From an uncultured bacterium (GTDB lineage Bacteria; Desulfobacterota; Syntrophorhabdia; Syntrophorhabdales; JANXAF01): DNA of 64,000 nt. This document shows positions 28,026 to 36,514 of the stretch, one piece after another; the first letter of the stretch is position 1; every line of letters begins with the position of its first letter. The notes under the pieces are model-generated. The model was not told the DNA's origin. It worked only from the letters and a program-made list of their open reading frames with translations, and did not search any database. Location of the stretch: assembly GCA_938084905.1 (NCBI GenBank), contig CALKEQ010000001.1, positions 26,835 to 90,834 of the forward strand, given 5' to 3'. A program made the position numbers and the translations under genes.

Positions 28026-29389
28026 CAGATCTCAACATACTTGTAGTCGAGGATGAGAAGTTTCAGAGGGAACTCCTCTCCGAATTGCTAAGAAAGGAAG
28101 GTTATTCTGTTTACGAGGCGGAGAACTCAAAGTGCGCTCTTGAGATCATGGAAAAGAGACCCATAGATATCTGTATTCTAGACCTTAAGCTGCCCGATAT
28201 GGACGGAGTAAGTTTACTCAGAGAAATGAAAAAAAGGGATCCAGAAGTAGACATCATAATCATAACCGCTTATGGAAGCATAGAAACTGCAATAGACGCG
28301 TTAAAATCGGGAGCTGAGGACTATTTGACCAAGCCTATAAGTTTCGAAGACCTTCTGATACGGCTAAAAAAGATAAAAAACAAGAGGACCTTACTTTCGG
28401 AAAATAAGATCCTGAAGGAGACACTCAAAGAGAGGCTAAAATCGGAGGATTTTATCTTTGCAAGTGAAAAAATGCAGGAAGTTGCGAGTCTTATAGTTAG
28501 AGTGGCAAAAACCGACTCCACATGTGTCATAGAAGGGGAAAGCGGGGTGGGTAAAGAGATCGTAGCTAACTTAATCCACGCGTATAGCGCCAGACGAGAA
28601 TTTCCCCTTGTAAAAGTCAACTGCGCCGCTATACCTGAGACTCTCCTTGAGAGTGAGCTTTTCGGGTACGAAAAGGGTGCCTTTACTGGCGCTTATCAGA
28701 GAAAGCCCGGAAAGTTTGAAATCGCAGATGGAGGAACAATTTTTCTGGACGAGATAGGAGAGGTTCCTCTCTCCGTTCAGGCCAAACTCTTAAGGGTAAT
28801 CCAGGAAAAAGAGTTCGAGCGTTTGGGGGGTCTCAAACCTGTGAAGGTAGACGTGAGAATCGTGGCTGCGACAAACAGGAGGCTTGATGAACTGGTAAAA
28901 AAAGGTATGTTTCGCGAGGATCTTTACTACAGGCTAAACGTACTGAGGATATTCATACCACCCTTAAGAGAGAGGAAGGAGGACATCCCGCTCTTAATTG
29001 ACCATTTTATAAAGAAGTACAGTCTCAGACACAAAAAGGAGATAAAAGGAATAACGAAGGAAGCGAGGGATCTGTTGATAAAATACGACTATCCTGGAAA
29101 TGTGAGAGAACTGGAGAATATCATAGAGCGGGCTGTAGTTCTTGCAAGAGGGGAATACATAACCACAGAGGATATAGCTGGCATCCCCTCCGGCCAAAGG
29201 GAAAGTGAGAGTTTATCCATGAGGGGTATGATCGAGTCCATAGAAAAGAGCATGATTCTGGAAGCTCTCGAAAAAAACAATTGGATCCGTACAAAAGCAG
29301 CCTCTTTCCTCGGTTTGAGCGAGAGGATGTTGAGGTACAAGATGAAGAAATACAAAATAGAGAAGGAAGACCTAGATAATCAACGATGA
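28022..29389 (+). CDS. sigma54-dependent response regulator (NtrC/ZraR family)
   Basis: Receiver domain, AAA+ domain with GESGVGKE and GAFTGA (EKGAFTGA), and a C-terminal HTH. Confidence 0.92.
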   Translation: MTDLNILVVEDEKFQRELLSELLRKEGYSVYEAENSKCALEIMEKRPIDICILDLKLPDMDGVSLLREMKKRDPEVDIIIITAYGSIETAIDALKSGAEDYLTKPISFEDLLIRLKKIKNKRTLLSENKILKETLKERLKSEDFIFASEKMQEVASLIVRVAKTDSTCVIEGESGVGKEIVANLIHAYSARREFPLVKVNCAAIPETLLESELFGYEKGAFTGAYQRKPGKFEIADGGTIFLDEIGEVPLSVQAKLLRVIQEKEFERLGGLKPVKVDVRIVAATNRRLDELVKKGMFREDLYYRLNVLRIFIPPLRERKEDIPLLIDHFIKKYSLRHKKEIKGITKEARDLLIKYDYPGNVRELENIIERAVVLARGEYITTEDIAGIPSGQRESESLSMRGMIESIEKSMILEALEKNNWIRTKAASFLGLSERMLRYKMKKYKIEKEDLDNQR

Positions 29390-29709
29390 GAGACCAGTTT
29401 TTTGTGATCTGGTGAATCGACCCTGAATTCAACAACAAGACCTTTTCTTCCCACCGCTTCGCGCGCGTCTTCCGCGTTTGCGTACACACCGTCGAAAGTG
29501 TAACAGTCGTAAAGTTCATAATAGTGATAGGCAACATAAACAAAATCGTCTTCTAATCTTTCCCCACAAAGCTCAACCCTCTTTATCTCCCATTGGCAGA
29601 ACAGGTCCTGGATTTTACTTGCATGTCCATAAGCCAGATCTGAACGTGAAAAGACACCAAATACTCCTCTTCCAAAAAAAGCGGAATCAATAAGAACATA
29701 AAGGTCCAT
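29380..29709 (-). CDS. hypothetical protein
   Basis: 109-aa ORF with plausible amino-acid composition and no recognisable motif. Its 3' end overlaps the regulator gene by 10 nt. Confidence 0.45.
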   Translation of the reverse strand: MDLYVLIDSAFFGRGVFGVFSRSDLAYGHASKIQDLFCQWEIKRVELCGERLEDDFVYVAYHYYELYDCYTFDGVYANAEDAREAVGRKGLVVEFRVDSPDHKKLVSHR

Positions 29710-29729
29710 GGTATAAGATTTTTATACCA
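29709..29729. promoter_or_regulatory. perfect 8-bp inverted repeat, candidate operator
   Basis: TGGTATAA-GATTT-TTATACCA in the divergent region between the hypothetical gene and the 2-oxoacid oxidoreductase operon. Confidence 0.4.
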
Positions 29730-29769
29730 TATAACATCTCAAAAAGGCCAGGTCCAATTTGTCCTGTAT

Positions 29770-30363
29770 TTGATAAAGGTGATTTTAGATTTTTTAATTG
29801 ACAGTTATGTGCAACTGGGGTACAGTATACAAGTGATAGAAATAAAGTTCACTGGAAGGGGCGGTAATGGCGTTGTCGTAGCCGCGCAGATGCTGGCAAA
29901 AGCTTTTTTCCTCAGCGGATTTTATCCTCAGTGCTTTTCGCTTTTTGGTGGGGAAAGAAGGGGGGCACCGGTAAAGAGTTTTTTAAGAGTCAACTCCAGT
30001 AAGATATTGCTCAAATGTGAGATAAAAAAAGCCGACCATCTAATTGTAATGGCAGCCGACCTCCTCCCTGAAGAACCGCTAACAGAGAACCTTAAGAACG
30101 GAGGATTAGTACTCATAAACGCTGACAGGCCTTTTAAGGTTGAAGGACCATTTAAAGTGGCATACGTTGATGCCCAAAAGATAGCAAGGGAATGTAGACT
30201 CGGTAACATAATAAATACAGCCATGCTCGGGGCCTACGCCCGAATCAGCGAGATTCTGTCACTCAACTATCTTGAGAAGGCAGTAAGAGAATACGTGCCT
30301 TCAAAGTTGGATGAAAATCTGAGAGCATTGAGAAGAGCTTATGAAGAAGCACGGACTTTTTGA
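29770..30363 (+). CDS. 2-oxoacid:ferredoxin oxidoreductase gamma subunit
   Basis: IEIKFTGRGGNGVVVAAQMLAKA is typical of PorG/KorC. The true start may be the GTG at 29833. Confidence 0.85.
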   Translation: MIKVILDFLIDSYVQLGYSIQVIEIKFTGRGGNGVVVAAQMLAKAFFLSGFYPQCFSLFGGERRGAPVKSFLRVNSSKILLKCEIKKADHLIVMAADLLPEEPLTENLKNGGLVLINADRPFKVEGPFKVAYVDAQKIARECRLGNIINTAMLGAYARISEILSLNYLEKAVREYVPSKLDENLRALRRAYEEARTF

Positions 30364-32062
30364 TGAGATAATGCCTGTATCAAAAACCCCCACAAGTGCA
30401 CATAAGACAGGGCTTTGGGGAAATCTGAAGCCTCTATACAAGGAAGCTACCAGTCCGTGCAGGGAATCCTGCCCACTTAATACAGATATTCCTCTCTTCA
30501 TCTTCCATATGAAGGAAAAAGATCTAAAAAGAGCAAAAGAGGAGATCCTCCTAGAGAATCCCTTTCCTGGAATATCCGGCAGGGTCTGCCACCACCCCTG
30601 TGAGGACGCCTGTAATAGAAGAGAACTTGATTCATCGGTCTCTGTTAGGGCCCTCGAGAGGTTTTTGGGAGATTACCCCTTCTACGAAGTTCCTGTATCT
30701 GAAAACAGAAGCCCAAAAAAAGTGGCAATAGTTGGCTCTGGTCCGGCAGGTCTTTCCTGTGCTTACTTTCTTTTGAGACTAGGACACAAGGTCACCATAT
30801 TCGAGAAGGAAAGTGATGTGGGTGGTCTTCTACTATTCGGCATTCCTCCGTACAGACTACCAAAAAATGTACTTCGGAGGGATCTACATGTTCTTTTAGC
30901 CCTCAAACCTCAAATAAGACTAAATTTTGAACTGACGGGAGATAATATTTTCTCCCTTCTTGGGTCCTTTGACTATGTGTTTCTCGCTCCAGGCATGGGA
31001 GAATCGAAAAGGCTACAAGTTGCAGGTGAAAATAAAAAGGGGGTTTACTACGGAGTTCAATTCCTAAAGGAAGTAAAGTCGATTGAGGATGAAATAAGAA
31101 GAGCAATAGTTATCGGCGGTGGGGATGTTGCAATGGACGTGGCAAGAACGATAAGAAGACTTAAGCCCGATGCAAAGGTAAGTATCTTTGCACCTGAGAA
31201 AGTGGAAGACCTACCTGCATTAAGAGAAAACGTCGCGGAGGCCCTCGAAGAAGGGATAGATTTAATCTGCGGGTATCTGCCCCTTTATTTTGAAGGAAAA
31301 AAGAGGATTGAAGCGGTAATTTTTCAAAGGACTGAGGTTAAAAAGGATGAAAAAACTGGAAAGTTCCTGTTCATTCCCCTAAATGAAAAAAGGGAGGAGG
31401 CCGCAGATATGGCGGTTGTTTGTATAGGACAGAAGCCTCTGGAGGCAAGTAAACTTAGGGAGATTGCGGAAGAGGAGGGGTATATTCTGGTTGACCATAG
31501 AGGAAGAACTAAAATCGAAAGGATCTATGCGGGAGGTGACATCATTGGACAGAAAGCCACTGTTTCTTTGGCATCATCCTCCGGAAAAAGAGCGGCCATA
31601 TGCATAGATATGGATGCAAAACGCCTCGATTTGCCACTAGATGAGCTCTATGTGGGAAGCAAAGGGTTTCTGTCATTTAAAAAATACTTGAAGCTCGAGA
31701 AAAAGGAGACTAGGAAGGTGGTAGGATTTTCTGACCTTAACACGCTACCTCATGAAAAGATCCCCAGGGTAGATGCAAAAAAAGAGGAACCTCTTGAGAG
31801 ATTAAAGGATTTTCGCGAGATCGGATACACCTATACAAAGGAAGAGGCGGAAAAGGAATCGGATAGATGCCTCTCATGTGGACAGTGTATGAGGTGTAAT
31901 CTTTGCTTCTATCTATGCCCAGATGTCTCTATAAGGAGAAAAGCAGATGGGCTATACGAGGTGGACGAAGATTACTGCAAGTCCTGCGGAGTATGTGCAA
32001 AAACGTGTCCCTCAAATGTAATAGAAATGGTAGAAAAAGATGGCGGAGCTTTTATCAGGTAA
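30341..32062 (+). CDS. fusion: GltD/NfnB-like FAD NAD(P)H oxidoreductase + 2x[4Fe-4S] delta-ferredoxin subunit of 2-oxoacid:ferredoxin oxidoreductase
   Basis: 573 aa. NPFPGISGRVCHHPCEDAC, KVAIVGSGPAGL, GIPPYRLPK, VIGGGDVAMDVAR. C-terminal CLSCGQCMRCNLC...CKSCGVCAKTCP. An alternative start is the ATG at 30371. Confidence 0.85.
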   Translation: MKKHGLFDEIMPVSKTPTSAHKTGLWGNLKPLYKEATSPCRESCPLNTDIPLFIFHMKEKDLKRAKEEILLENPFPGISGRVCHHPCEDACNRRELDSSVSVRALERFLGDYPFYEVPVSENRSPKKVAIVGSGPAGLSCAYFLLRLGHKVTIFEKESDVGGLLLFGIPPYRLPKNVLRRDLHVLLALKPQIRLNFELTGDNIFSLLGSFDYVFLAPGMGESKRLQVAGENKKGVYYGVQFLKEVKSIEDEIRRAIVIGGGDVAMDVARTIRRLKPDAKVSIFAPEKVEDLPALRENVAEALEEGIDLICGYLPLYFEGKKRIEAVIFQRTEVKKDEKTGKFLFIPLNEKREEAADMAVVCIGQKPLEASKLREIAEEEGYILVDHRGRTKIERIYAGGDIIGQKATVSLASSSGKRAAICIDMDAKRLDLPLDELYVGSKGFLSFKKYLKLEKKETRKVVGFSDLNTLPHEKIPRVDAKKEEPLERLKDFREIGYTYTKEEAEKESDRCLSCGQCMRCNLCFYLCPDVSIRRKADGLYEVDEDYCKSCGVCAKTCPSNVIEMVEKDGGAFIR

Positions 32063-33197
32063 TCACGCCATAGCAGAGGCTGTGAGACTCTCAAAGGTCG
32101 ATTTTGTTGCCGCTTATCCCATTACTCCTCAGACACCAATTTATGAAAAGATAGCTGAGATGATCTCGGAGGGAAAAATGTGCGGCCAGATGATGAGAGC
32201 GGAATCTGAGCACTCCGCAATGGCTGCCTGCATATCCGCGTCCCTTGCCGGCGTGAGAGTATTTACCGCCAGTTCTTCCCAGGGAATAGCGTACATGCAC
32301 GAGATGCTCCATTTTGCATCAGGTTGCAGGGTTCCAATTGTAATGGCGTGTGTAAACAGGGTCGTTTCTGCTCCGTGGGCCTTTGGAACTGATCAAACCG
32401 ATACCCTCTCTCAGAGGGATACTGGATGGATACAGCTCTACTGTGAGGACGGCCAAGAGGCACTAGATACGGTGATTATGGCTTACAAGGTCTCGGAAAC
32501 CATATTTCTTCCTGTAATGGTTATAATAGATGGGTTTTACACTTCCCATTTCATAGAACCTGTTGAGATTCCGGAACAAACACTCATCGATCAGTACCTA
32601 CCGAAAAGGAATCTGCCAAACAGATTCGATCTTTCAAATCCTGCTTTTTTGCAGAATGTTGTTGATCCTCCTAACTATACCCGGTTTAAAAAGAGGCAAT
32701 TTGACGACACTTTAAAAGCCAGAAGGTTGCTAATTGAGGCGGACAAAGAATTTGGCGAGCTTTTCGGAAGATCGTATGGAGTCGTTGAGCCATTAGAACT
32801 CGCTGATGCAGAAATAGGGATAGTAACAGCAGGTTCCATGACGTCTTGTGCGAGGATTGCGGTTAGGACTTTAAGGAGTAAAGGAATAAAAGCAGGGCTT
32901 TTAAAAATAAAGCTTTTTAGACCATTCCCCTACAATGAGGTGGCAAGATATTTGGGGACTCTTGAAAAAGTGATCGTTATAGATAGAAACGTTTCAAGTG
33001 GAAAGGGAGGGATATTCTGCGACGAGCTTAAGGCTTCAATGTACAACCTAAAGAATAGGCCGGAGATTTACGGTTTTATTGGAGGGCTCTGCGGGGAGGA
33101 TCTGCCCCCTGAAAAATTTGAGAAAATAACACTCTCCGTTCTTAGGGCAAAAAAACCTTGGGATGTACCAAAATGGATACACAGGATGAGATTTTAA
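32040..33197 (+). CDS. 2-oxoacid:ferredoxin oxidoreductase alpha subunit
   Basis: 385 aa. GNHAIAEAVRLSKVDFVAAYPITPQT is the PorA/KorA N-terminal signature. Confidence 0.9.
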   Translation: MAELLSGNHAIAEAVRLSKVDFVAAYPITPQTPIYEKIAEMISEGKMCGQMMRAESEHSAMAACISASLAGVRVFTASSSQGIAYMHEMLHFASGCRVPIVMACVNRVVSAPWAFGTDQTDTLSQRDTGWIQLYCEDGQEALDTVIMAYKVSETIFLPVMVIIDGFYTSHFIEPVEIPEQTLIDQYLPKRNLPNRFDLSNPAFLQNVVDPPNYTRFKKRQFDDTLKARRLLIEADKEFGELFGRSYGVVEPLELADAEIGIVTAGSMTSCARIAVRTLRSKGIKAGLLKIKLFRPFPYNEVARYLGTLEKVIVIDRNVSSGKGGIFCDELKASMYNLKNRPEIYGFIGGLCGEDLPPEKFEKITLSVLRAKKPWDVPKWIHRMRF

Positions 33198-34045
33198 GAA
33201 AAGGACATTACGCATGCCCGGGGTGCGGTTTGGCCATAGCCATGAGACTCGTTCTCCGCGCCGTCGGGAGAAAGGCAATAGCTGTGATTGTACCATCGTG
33301 CGAGGCAGTAATAAGTGGCACGTATCCCTTTTCCGCACTGGAAGTACCTGCATTTCACTCCGCCTTTGCAATTGCAGCACCAACTGCCGCTGGCATTTCC
33401 CGCGCTCTAAAGATAAGAAAGGAGACTGACGTAACAGTTCTCGCATTTGCCGGTGATGGCGGAACTTACGATATAGGCTTACAGTCTCTCTCAGGCGCTG
33501 CTGAAAGAAATGAAGATTTTATCTATGTTTGCCTTGACAATGAAGCCTACATGAACACTGGAATACAGGCGAGCTCCTCAACTCCTCCCTTGTCCTGGAC
33601 AGTAACTACACCGAAAGGAAAGGTAGAGAAAAAGAAGAGGCTTATGGAAATAATCGTTGCTCATTCGGTTCCCTATGCTGCCACAGCCACGATTGGTTAT
33701 CCTCAGGACCTCATGGAAAAGGTAAAAAGGGCAAAGGAGTTTCAAGGAACAAAATTCATACATGTTCTGACACCCTGCCCTACAGGATGGAAGATGAAGG
33801 AGGAACTAACAGGAGTTATTGCTATGCTTGCCTTCGAAACGAAGGTCTTCCCCTTGTACGAGGTTATAAACGGGGAAATCTACAGAATCACAAAGGTTCC
33901 GAAGGGACTTCCGGTTAGGGATTACCTCTCAATCCAGGGTAGATTTTCCCACCTCAGTGAAGATGAAATAGAAAAAATCCAACAGGAAGTGGACATAGAA
34001 TGGGAAAGGCTCATTTACCTAGCTAAAAGACATGAAAAGGTTTAG
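33158..34045 (+). CDS. 2-oxoacid:ferredoxin oxidoreductase beta subunit (TPP-binding)
   Basis: 295 aa. CPGCG motif and TPP motif GDGGTYDIG...N. Confidence 0.9.
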   Translation: MGCTKMDTQDEILRKGHYACPGCGLAIAMRLVLRAVGRKAIAVIVPSCEAVISGTYPFSALEVPAFHSAFAIAAPTAAGISRALKIRKETDVTVLAFAGDGGTYDIGLQSLSGAAERNEDFIYVCLDNEAYMNTGIQASSSTPPLSWTVTTPKGKVEKKKRLMEIIVAHSVPYAATATIGYPQDLMEKVKRAKEFQGTKFIHVLTPCPTGWKMKEELTGVIAMLAFETKVFPLYEVINGEIYRITKVPKGLPVRDYLSIQGRFSHLSEDEIEKIQQEVDIEWERLIYLAKRHEKV

Positions 34046-34688
34046 CATCACGGACACGGAATCGATTAGAAGGAAGGTTTACAAAAAGATAAGAGAGATG
34101 ATACTTAAGGGAGAGCTTGCCCAGGGAGAAAGGATCTACGAGGAAAAAATCGCAAAAAAAATAGGGGTCTCAAGGACACCCGTAAGGGAAGCACTTCACG
34201 CACTCGAGCATGAAGGACTGCTTATTTCAAAGCCAAGAAGCGGGTACATTGTAAAGCCAATGAGTAAGGAGGAAGTTTACGAAATATGCGAATTGAGAAA
34301 AGTTGTGGAGGGTCTCGGATTAAGGTGGGCAATAGATAGGAATAGGGAGAAGCTCATTTCTGAGCTTAAAAAAAACATAGAGCTCTCCGAAATAAAACTC
34401 AAAAAGGGTGATATCAGATCTTTCATCAATTTGGATGCTAAATTTCACGAAACAATAGCGAGACTCAGTGGGAGTAAAAGACTTCTTGAGCTTGCAATGA
34501 CCTTAAGACGACATATGTTGAGGTATAGGATAGAAAGTATATACCTTAAGGACAACGTGGAGAGAGCAATAGAAGGGCACAAAAGAATCGTGGACGCTAT
34601 AGAGAACGGTAGGAATGATAAGGTAGACGAAGCCCTAATAGCCCACATAGATACGTCGAGGGAGGACATTTTGAAGTATGCCTTCTGA
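34032..34688 (+). CDS. GntR-family transcriptional regulator (FadR/FCD subfamily)
   Basis: 218 aa. wHTH KIGVSRTPVREAL plus a helical FCD-like C-terminal domain. Confidence 0.88.
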   Translation: MKRFSITDTESIRRKVYKKIREMILKGELAQGERIYEEKIAKKIGVSRTPVREALHALEHEGLLISKPRSGYIVKPMSKEEVYEICELRKVVEGLGLRWAIDRNREKLISELKKNIELSEIKLKKGDIRSFINLDAKFHETIARLSGSKRLLELAMTLRRHMLRYRIESIYLKDNVERAIEGHKRIVDAIENGRNDKVDEALIAHIDTSREDILKYAF

Positions 34689-35187
34689 TCGCCACGCGAA
34701 GGGACTTTTCGACAGGATTTTGAATTTCTTCTTCTATTTCTCTTGCGCAATCGTGGCTTTTATTGCCATTTCTGTCTGCTACAATGTTTTCATGAGGTAC
34801 TTTCTCAAGTCACCGCCACTATGGGTGGTACAGGCAACAGAATATTCCCTTTTGTGGATTGTCTTTCTTTCTGCTTCTTACCTTTTGAGGGAAGGTGGGC
34901 ATATCTCCATTGACTTAATTTACGGGAGTCTGAAGGGTAAAAAAAAGGTGATTGTTGACCTTTTGATCAACTTTCTTTGCTCTTTCTTCATGGGGATTTT
35001 GACCCTTTTCAGTTCTTTTTATTTCTTTGAGTGTCTTTCCTTAAAAGTGACGGATGTGAGGACGTACACAGTACCGAAGTGGATACTTTTTTCGGTTATC
35101 CCATTCGGTTCTTTCTTTTTGACTGTGCAATTTTTAAGACTCTTCTTTAAGGAAGTGAAAAGCCTGTGGAGTGGTACCATACGCTAG
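34678..35187 (+). CDS. TRAP transporter small permease (DctQ)
   Basis: 169 aa with four TM segments, immediately upstream of dctM. Confidence 0.82.
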   Translation: MPSDRHAKGLFDRILNFFFYFSCAIVAFIAISVCYNVFMRYFLKSPPLWVVQATEYSLLWIVFLSASYLLREGGHISIDLIYGSLKGKKKVIVDLLINFLCSFFMGILTLFSSFYFFECLSLKVTDVRTYTVPKWILFSVIPFGSFFLTVQFLRLFFKEVKSLWSGTIR

Positions 35188-36479
35188 TAATCCTTTTTTC
35201 CTCTCTTGTTTTCCTTTTTCTTCTCGGCGTACCTGTCGCATTCTCCTTCCTAATTGTGAATCTTGTAGCAGCTTACCTTTTAATGGGCGGAGTAAACGGG
35301 ATAATGGGCCTAGTTGCTGGTGTTTTTACATCGATTACTACTTTTGCACTCGTTCCTGTGCCACTGTTTGTCCTCATGGGTTCCATTATATTCCACAGCG
35401 GACTTGGATTTGACGCTATAAACGTCCTTGACAAATGGCTAGGGAAAATCAAGGGCAGACTATCCATACTAGCCATTCTCATGGGCATAATCATCGGCGC
35501 TCTAAGTGGTTCGACTATTGCCACTTGTGCTCTTCTGGGAACAACATTGCTTCCGGAAATGCTGAAAAGGGGCTACAGTAAGCGTATGAGTTTAGGGCCA
35601 ATTATGGGGATCGGAACCGTTGATGCTCTCATACCTCCAAATGCGCTTACAGTCGTTCTTGCCAGTCTCGCTAAGGTAGATGTTGGGAAGTTGCTAATAG
35701 CAGGGATAATTCCCGGGATTTTTATGTCCGCACTTTATCTTTTGTACGTACTTCTTTTCGTCCATCTAAAACCCCACGAGGCACCGAGCTACGATGTTGA
35801 GAAAGTGCATTTTTCGGAAAAGATCAAACTCACTTTTAAATATTTGGTCCCACTCGGTTTCATAGTTTTTATGGTCATAGGGCTCATTTTTTTGGGAGTC
35901 GCCACACCTACGGAGGCGGCCGCAACAGGTGTTCTTGGCTCCTTTTTCCTTGCTGCTATATACGGGAAGATGGACTCTCGGGTCCTTAAAAGATCGATTT
36001 CCGACTCGGCCAAGATAACGACTATGATTTTTATGATAATTATCGTTTCTGACACTTACAGTGCAATTCTAGCTTTTACTGGTACCGCATCAAAATTGAT
36101 CGAATTTGTCACGCAGATGCAGGTTTCCCCTTACACGGTTCTAATCGCTATGATGGTTACCATCGTCATACTCGGTTGCTTCATGGAAACTGTTGCGATG
36201 ATGATGATTACGGTTCCAATATTTATGCCTGTTGCTCAGGCCCTTGGATTTGATCCTCTCTGGTTCTGTGTCCTCATGCTCATAAACATGGAAACTGGTT
36301 TACTTACCCCACCCTTCGGAGTAACTCTCTTTGTAATGAGAGGTGTGAGTCCTAAAGAGATCACGATGGCGGACATATGGAAGGCAGCTATTCCTTTCGC
36401 GCTAGTGGACTACCTATGTTTGACGTTTGTCATTCTCGTTCCCAAAATTGCAACTTATCTCCCCTCCATTATGAAATGA
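35166..36479 (+). CDS. TRAP transporter large permease (DctM)
   Basis: 437 aa polytopic protein, paralogous to 7467-8771. Confidence 0.9.
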   Translation: MEWYHTLVILFSSLVFLFLLGVPVAFSFLIVNLVAAYLLMGGVNGIMGLVAGVFTSITTFALVPVPLFVLMGSIIFHSGLGFDAINVLDKWLGKIKGRLSILAILMGIIIGALSGSTIATCALLGTTLLPEMLKRGYSKRMSLGPIMGIGTVDALIPPNALTVVLASLAKVDVGKLLIAGIIPGIFMSALYLLYVLLFVHLKPHEAPSYDVEKVHFSEKIKLTFKYLVPLGFIVFMVIGLIFLGVATPTEAAATGVLGSFFLAAIYGKMDSRVLKRSISDSAKITTMIFMIIIVSDTYSAILAFTGTASKLIEFVTQMQVSPYTVLIAMMVTIVILGCFMETVAMMMITVPIFMPVAQALGFDPLWFCVLMLINMETGLLTPPFGVTLFVMRGVSPKEITMADIWKAAIPFALVDYLCLTFVILVPKIATYLPSIMK

Positions 36480-36514
36480 GAGGGGAGAAATTAATAAAAA
36501 GGAGGTGTAAAGCC

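Noticed and set aside
36377-36514. N-terminal extension of the second TRAP binding-protein ORF (track start 36377).
   Set aside because: The extension overlaps the dctM coding end in another frame. The ATG at 36515 has an AAGGAGG RBS and starts a clean signal peptide.
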